Position numbers and translations under genes: made by a program | Assembly: GCF_004010195.1 (NCBI RefSeq) | Contig: NC_057718.1 | Coordinates: 40,420,712 to 40,459,084, forward strand | Direction of reading: 5' to 3' | Origin: Chiloscyllium plagiosum | Lineage: Eukaryota | DNA: 38,373 nt | The notes under the pieces: model-generated | The model's database searches: none | What the model saw: only the letters and a program-made list of their open reading frames with translations | What the model was told of the DNA's origin: nothing | Shown: piece by piece, positions 32,690 through 38,373 of the stretch | How the letters are laid out: the number at the start of each line of letters is the position of its first letter | How positions within the stretch are numbered: position 1 is the first letter of the stretch

Positions 32690-33611
32690 GTGATATGCTC
32701 TTCTTGTTGGATGTGGGGTTTAGGGAGAGTTTATGTGTTACTGAGGATTATATCTGCAATAAATGTTGTTGGTTGCGAATCCTATAAGATCAAATGGATC
32801 AGTTGGAGAGACAATTAGAGACAATGAGGAATTTACAAGCCCAAGGGGATGTGATGGATGGCAGTTATAGGAAGCGACAAAAATCACAGATACAGTCACG
32901 TAGATGGGTTAACTCCTGGAAAGGTAAGAGAGGTAGGCAGCTAGTGCCAGAGCCTTCTGTGCCTATACCCATTTCAAACAAGTATGCTGTTTTGGAAAAT
33001 GTAGAGGGTGATGGATTCTCAGGGGAACGTAGCATGAACATCCAAGTTTCTGGTATTGAGACTGGCTCTAATGCAACGAGGGGTACGTCGGGTTCAAGAA
33101 ATCAATTGTGTTAGTGCACTCTCTAGTCTGAGGTACAGACAGACGTTTCTGTGGCCAGCAGTGAAAAATCAGAATGGTGTGTTGCTTCCCTGGTGCCAGG
33201 ATCAAGGATGTCTCAGAGAGGGTGCAGAATGTTCTCAAGGGGGAGAGGGGCCAGCAAGAGCTCATTGTCCAAATTGGAACCAACGACATAGGAAGGGAAA
33301 AGGTTGAGATTCTGAAGGGGGATTACAAAGAGTTAGGCAGGAATTTAAAAAGGAGGTCCTCAAGATTAATAATATCTGGATTACTCCCGGTGCTACAAGC
33401 TAGTGAAGGCAGGAATAGGAGGCTAGAGCAGATGAATGCATGGCTGAGGAGCTGGTGTATGGGAAAAGGATTCACATTTTTGGATCATTGGAATCTCTTT
33501 TGGGGTAGAAGTGACCTGTACAAGAAGGACAGATTGCACCTGAATTGGAAGGGGACTAATATACTGTCAGGGAGATTTGTTGGAGCTACTCAGGAGGATT
33601 TAAATTATTAA
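32690..33611 (+). pseudogene. CR1 ORF1: Cys zinc finger, coiled coil and SGNH/GDSL esterase domain
   Basis: VICSSCWMW..YICNKC; MDQLERQLETMRNLQ; IVLVHSLV*GTDRRFCG (decayed GDS block); CFPGARIKDV; IGTNDIG; DLYKKDRLHLNWKG. Confidence 0.9.
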
Positions 33612-33741
33612 GGTGGAGGGGTGGAGGGGAAGGGTGTGGGATCTAGGGAGATAGTGGACAGAGAGAGCAATCTGAGACTGGTACATTTGAGAAAAGAAGC
33701 TTGCCATCAGTCAGGGCAGGCAGGGACAAGGTAGGACTGAT

Positions 33742-36480
33742 AAATTAAACTGCATTTATTTCAATGCAAGGGGCCGAACAGGGAAGGCAGATGAACTCAG
33801 GGCATGGTTAGGAACATGGGACGGGGATATCACAGCAATGACAGAAACATGCTCAGGGATGGACAGGATTGGCAGCTTAATGTTCCAGGATACAAATGCT
33901 ACAGGAAGGACAGAAAGGAAGGCAAGAGAGGAAGCGGGGGTGGTGTATTTGATAAAGGATAGCATTACAGCTGTGCTGAGGGAGGATATTCTCAGAAATA
34001 CATCCAGGGAAGTTATTTGGGTTGAACTGAGAAATAAGAAAGGGATGATCACCTTATTGGGATTGTATTATTGATCCCCTAATAGTCAGAGGGGAATTGA
34101 GAAACAGATTTGTCAGGAGCTCTCAGTTATCTATAAGAATAATATGGTGGTTATGGTAGGGGATTTTACCTTTCCAAACTTAAATTGGAACTGCCATAGT
34201 GTTAAGGGTTTAGATGGAGAGGAATTTGTTAAGTACGTACAAGAAAAGGTGCAAAACTTGACCTACTCTTGGGAAATAAGGCAGGGCAGGTGACTGAGGT
34301 GACAGTGGGGGAGCAGTTTGGGGCCAGTGACTGTAATTCTATTGCTTTTAAAATAATGATGGAAAAAGATCGACCAGATCTAAAAGTTGAAGTTCTAAAT
34401 TGGAGGAAGGCTAATTTTGACGGTATTAGGCTAGAACTTTCAAAAGCTGATTGGCGGCAGATGTTCGCAGGTAAAGGGACGGCTGGAAAATGGGAAGCCT
34501 TCAGAAATGAGACAACGAGAGTCCAGAGAAAGTACATTCCTGTTAGGGTGAAATGAAAGGCTGGTAGGTATAGGGAATGTTGGATGATGAAAAAAATTGA
34601 GGGTTTGGTTCAGAAAAAGAAGAAAGCATGTGTCAGCATGTGTCAAATGAATCCTTAGAAGAGTATAAAGGCAGTAAGAGTTTACTTAAGAGGGAAATCA
34701 CGATGGCAAAAAAGGGACATGAGATAGCTTTGGCAAATAGAGTTCAGGAGAATCCAAAGGGGTTTTTACAAATACATTAAGGACAAAAGGGTAATTAGGG
34801 AGAAAATAGGGCCCCTCATAGATCAGCAAGGCGGCCTTTGTGTGGAACCGCAGGAGGTGGGGGAGATTCTAAACGAGTATTTTGCATCAGTGTTTACTAT
34901 AGAAAAGGACATGGAAGATATAGAATGTGGGGAAATAGATGGTGACATTTTGAAAAACGTCCATATTACAGAGGAGGAAGTGCTGGATGTCTTGAAACGC
35001 ATAAAAGTGGATAAATCCCTAGGACCTGATCTGGTGTACCCTAGCTTCTGTGGGAAGCTAGGGAAGTGATTGCGGGGCTTCGTAGTGTGATATTTGTATC
35101 ATCAGTAGTCAGAGGTGAGGTGTTGGAAGACTGGAGGTTGGCTAACATGGTGCCACAGTTTAAGAAGGTAGTAAGGACAAGCCAGGGAACTATAGACCGG
35201 TGAGCCTGATGTCGATGGCGGGCAAGTTATTGAAGGGAATCCTGAGGGACAGGATGTGCATGTATGTGGAAAGGCAAGGACTGATTATGGATAGTCAACA
35301 TGACTTTGTGCGTGGGAAATCATGTCTCAAACTCGATGGAGCTTTTTAAAGAAGTAACAAAGAGGATTGATGGGGGCAGAGCGGTGGATGTGATCTATCT
35401 GGACTTCAATAAGGCATTCGACAAGGTTCCCCATGCGAGACTAGTTAACAGAGTTAGATCTCATGGAATACAGGGAGAACTAGCCATTTGGATACACAAC
35501 TGGCTCAAAGGTAGAAGACGGAAAGTGGTGGTGGAGGGTTGTTTTTCAGACTGGAGGCCTGTGACCAGTGGAGTGCCACAAGGATCGGTGCTGGGTCCAC
35601 TACTTTTCGTCATTTATATAAATAATTTGGATGTGAGCATAAGAGGTATAGTTAGTAAGTTTGCAGTTGACACCAAAATTGGAGGTGTAGTGGACAGCGA
35701 AGAGGGTTACCTCAGATTACAACAGGATCTGGACCAGATGGCTAATGGGCTGAGAAGTGGCAGATGGAGTTTAATTTAGATAAATGCGAGGTGCTGCATT
35801 TTGGGAAAGCAAATCTTAGCAGGACTTATACACTTACTGGTAAGGTCTCAGGAGTGTTGCTAAACAAAGATAACTTTGGAATGCAGGTTCATGGCTCCTT
35901 GAAAGTGGATTCGCAGGTAGATAGGATAGTGAAAAAGGCATTTGGTATGCTTTCCTTTATTGCTCAGAGTATTGAGTACACGAGTTGGGACGTCATGTTG
36001 CGGCTGTACAGGACATTGGTTAGGCCACTTTTGGAATATTGCGTGCAATTCTGATCTCCTTCCTATCTGAAGGAAGTTGTGAAACTTGAAAGGTTTCAGA
36101 AAAGATTTACAAGGAAGTTGCCAAGGTTGGAGGATTTGAGCTATAGGGAGAGGTTGAATAGGCTAGGGCAGTTTTCCCTGGAGCGTCAGAGGCTGCGGGA
36201 TGACCTTATAGAGGTCTATAATATCACGATAGGGTAAATAGACAATGTCTCTTTCCTGGGGTGGGGAGTCCAGAACATAGGTTTAGGGTGAGAAGGGACA
36301 GATATAAAAGAGACCTAAGGGGCAACGTTTTCACGCAGAGGGTTGTACATGTATGGAATGAGCTGCCAGAGGAAGTGGTGGAGGCTGGTACAGTTGCAAC
36401 ATTCAAAAAGGCATTTGGATGGGTATATGAATAGGAAAGGTTTGGAGGGATATGGGCTAGGTGCTGGCAGGTGTGACTAG
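33742..36480 (+). pseudogene. CR1 ORF2: APE endonuclease and reverse transcriptase
   Basis: KLNCIYFNAR; AMTET; VMVGDF; LDLLLGN; GASDCN; YLDFNKAFDKVPH; GVPQGSVLGPLLF; KFAVDTK (FADD mutated); LYRTLVRPLLEYCVQF. Confidence 0.95.
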
Positions 36481-36859
36481 ATTGGGTAGGATATCTGGTC
36501 GGCATGGATGGGTTGGACAGAAGGGTCTGATTCCGTGCTGTACATCTCTATGACTCTAAATAGATGTCATCTCAAGTCCTATTGGTTTGTCAATTTAGGA
36601 TGTTCTGTAAAATGTGGAACTTGACAAGACACAAAAAAATCCCTGTCACTCATTACATCTAGTTCTATCATCAACTATCTCGACTTGTAATGCCACTGGG
36701 TCAAGGTACATCAGGCTGAGAGAGTACAACTGATACTATACAACTTTGCCTCACTATTATCCAATTCACGTGCAAGTCATGTTTGTCAACTTTCTCTCAT
36801 CGGTCTGTCACAAACCTTGTGGAGCTGAGTAAATGAAGAAGCAGTAGGTATGGATTCAC

Positions 36860-37110
36860 TGGGAAGGACATCCAAATGGCTGTCCGATTCAAGAACAGGG
36901 AAATGCAAAGCTGAATCAGAAAGCATCAGACTCCAGTCACTTGCTGACCACAAAGACTGAAAGAGATTCTATCATGCTCTGAAATCTGGCTAAAAGCCTC
37001 AGGTTACTGGTTCATCACAATCTTCATGGCCAACAGATTAATGATCCTTACAGATAAAGCTCAAAGTCTAGAATGATGGGTGGAACATTTTGACCACATC
37101 CTTCATTGAT
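36860..37110 (+). mobile_element. Old RTE-clade LINE internal fragment
   Basis: LQSLADHKD*KRFYHALK..ILTDKAQSLE*WVEHFDHIL resembles the RTE EN-RT linker (..FYxALK..LTDKxxILxRWxEHF). Confidence 0.65.
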
Positions 37111-37179
37111 GAGTAAAGAAAAAATGAAGAGGCTGCAACAAGTGCACAGTGAAGGTTTGACTATGTTTTTCCTTTGTTT

Positions 37180-37415
37180 AGAACTAATGTGCACCATTTC
37201 AATTTAAGGGAATACCATTTGAGACAGAGATGTGGTGAATCTTTGGAATAATATACCCCAGAGGGCTGTGGAAGAGATTGATAAATTTTTGTCTATCAAT
37301 GGGTTATGGGAATATTGTGGGTAAAATCATTAAAGTGTTCAATCACAATTGTATTAAATGGTGGAACAGTCTCGATGGGCTAAATGGCCTACTCCTGTTC
37401 CTACATTCATATGTT
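37180..37415 (+). mobile_element. Decayed CR1 3' end
   Basis: gtggtgaatctttggaat..cccagagggctgtgga; gatgggctaaatggcctactcctgttcct. Confidence 0.75.
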
Positions 37416-37439
37416 CCTTGTGAAGAAAACTATAAAGTG

Positions 37440-37590
37440 ATACAACAACAATGTGTATTTACACAGCACGTTTAAAATATTATAATATCCCAAAGTGCTT
37501 CACAGGAACAAAACAGAATTCAACAGTGTGCTATATAAGGAGATATTGAGCGGATAACTAAATGTTTGTTCAAAGAGGTATACATTAAGG
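37440..37590 (-). mobile_element. L2-type 3' tail (probably resumes ~38006-38070 after the RTE insertion)
   Basis: tgtatttacacagcacgtttaa..atcccaaagtgcttcacagg is the inverse of the tail type at 3530-3580. Confidence 0.5.
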
Positions 37591-37597
37591 TATACAT

Positions 37598-38005
37598 GAT
37601 CGACATGAGACTCCCCAAGTCGGTGCTCTACTCCCAGCCTCAAAACAGCAGCTGAGCCCCGGCTTGATGGAGGACGTGCTTCAGTGATCCCCTCAAGGCT
37701 TCACTGTGCGGTTTTCCCACAGACGCCTGGGAATCACTGGCCCAAGACTGTCTGAAATGGAGGAGGAGCATCCGGGAAGGTGTTGAGCCTCTTGAGAATT
37801 GTTGTTGGAAAAATGCAGAAGTCAGGCAAAAACAGAACAAGGAGCACGCCGCCACACCAACGCCCCACTACCCCCTTCTTAACACCACCTTCTGCCCAAA
37901 GTGTAACAGGCCTGTGGATGCTGCATGGGCCTGTACAGCCACCTATGGACTCACCCTGAGAGTGGAAAAGAGTCATCCTTGTCTGCAAGGGACTGCCAAG
38001 GATGC
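37598..38005 (+). mobile_element. RTE-clade LINE 3' fragment
   Basis: DMRLPKSVLYSQ; FSDPLKASL; WESLAQDCLKWRRSIREGVE; CPKCNR..LYSHLWTH zinc-finger-like end. Confidence 0.8.
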
Positions 38006-38119
38006 TGGGGTTACCTTTAAGAAACAAAGAGAGGCAACACTTTGGAGAGTTTAGGGAATAAACTCCAGTGACGAGGGCACCAAGCGAGGTGACTTATCTG
38101 TACCTACTCTGTCTATCCC

Positions 38120-38373
38120 TTTTTTTTATAGATATTTTTATTAGAAATTTAACATTTTTACAAGTTTACAAAAATAAACAAAATTCTCAAATACAAACAT
38201 TGATATACAATTAAATCAAATATACAATAGCCAAAATTTAACAAAAGAAAAAAAAATACAGAAAAAGAACAAAAAACAAAACTCAACTGTCTACTAATCT
38301 AACCTACAACTAACCAGAGTATATATTTAAGTCTCTCACATGCTCGGAATGTGTTAACATCAAATGTAATAAA
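38120..38373 (-). mobile_element. Probable L1/Tx1-like LINE 3' UTR with poly(A), running off the window
   Basis: Poly(T) at 38120, then tttatt (AATAAA on the minus strand) and a strongly A-rich plus strand. No coding part is visible. Confidence 0.4.

Larger units (their letters stand above)
32071..36558 (+). mobile_element. Near full-length CR1 (HER1-like) LINE, inactivated
   Basis: About 600 bp 5' UTR (shared with 15402-15980), ORF1, ORF2 and a 3' UTR ending tctatgactcta. Multiple stops, frameshifts and small deletions. Confidence 0.95.

Noticed and set aside
33174..33611. 145 aa SGNH hydrolase-like ORF as a host esterase gene
   Set aside because: It is ORF1 of the CR1, directly upstream of ORF2, with a mutated GDS block and an upstream stop.

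Overview
This is AT-rich, CpG-depleted vertebrate DNA, almost certainly from an elasmobranch (shark or ray): it carries two HE1-type tRNA-SINEs and many HER1/CR1-type LINEs. I recognise no host protein-coding gene, so the window looks intronic or intergenic. Nearly all ORFs in the supplied track are transposon debris or chance. Main contents: (1) a near full-length but disabled CR1 LINE (~32071-36558) with zinc-finger/coiled-coil/SGNH-esterase ORF1 and APE-RT ORF2; (2) a ~0.8 kb copy of the same CR1 with the 5' UTR fused directly to the 3' end (15402-16197); (3) a fossil pogo/Tigger (TIGD4/6-like) transposase (~18995-21245) split by four nested insertions; (4) CR1, L2, Rex1/Babar, RTE, Deu-type SINE, LTR-like and L1-like fragments. 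The most interesting signal is a family of ~125-175 bp insertions flanked by target-site duplications (TSDs). They carry a minimal type I hammerhead ribozyme motif (CUGANGA-A-stem II-GAAA-CGUC) at one end and occur as monomer, partial tandem and inverted forms. This matches Penelope-like-element (PLE) terminal repeats or retrozyme-like non-autonomous elements, and one copy (15873-15910, minus) can fold into a complete hammerhead. All family assignments come from motif recognition by eye, not database searches. Boundaries of old repeats are approximate.
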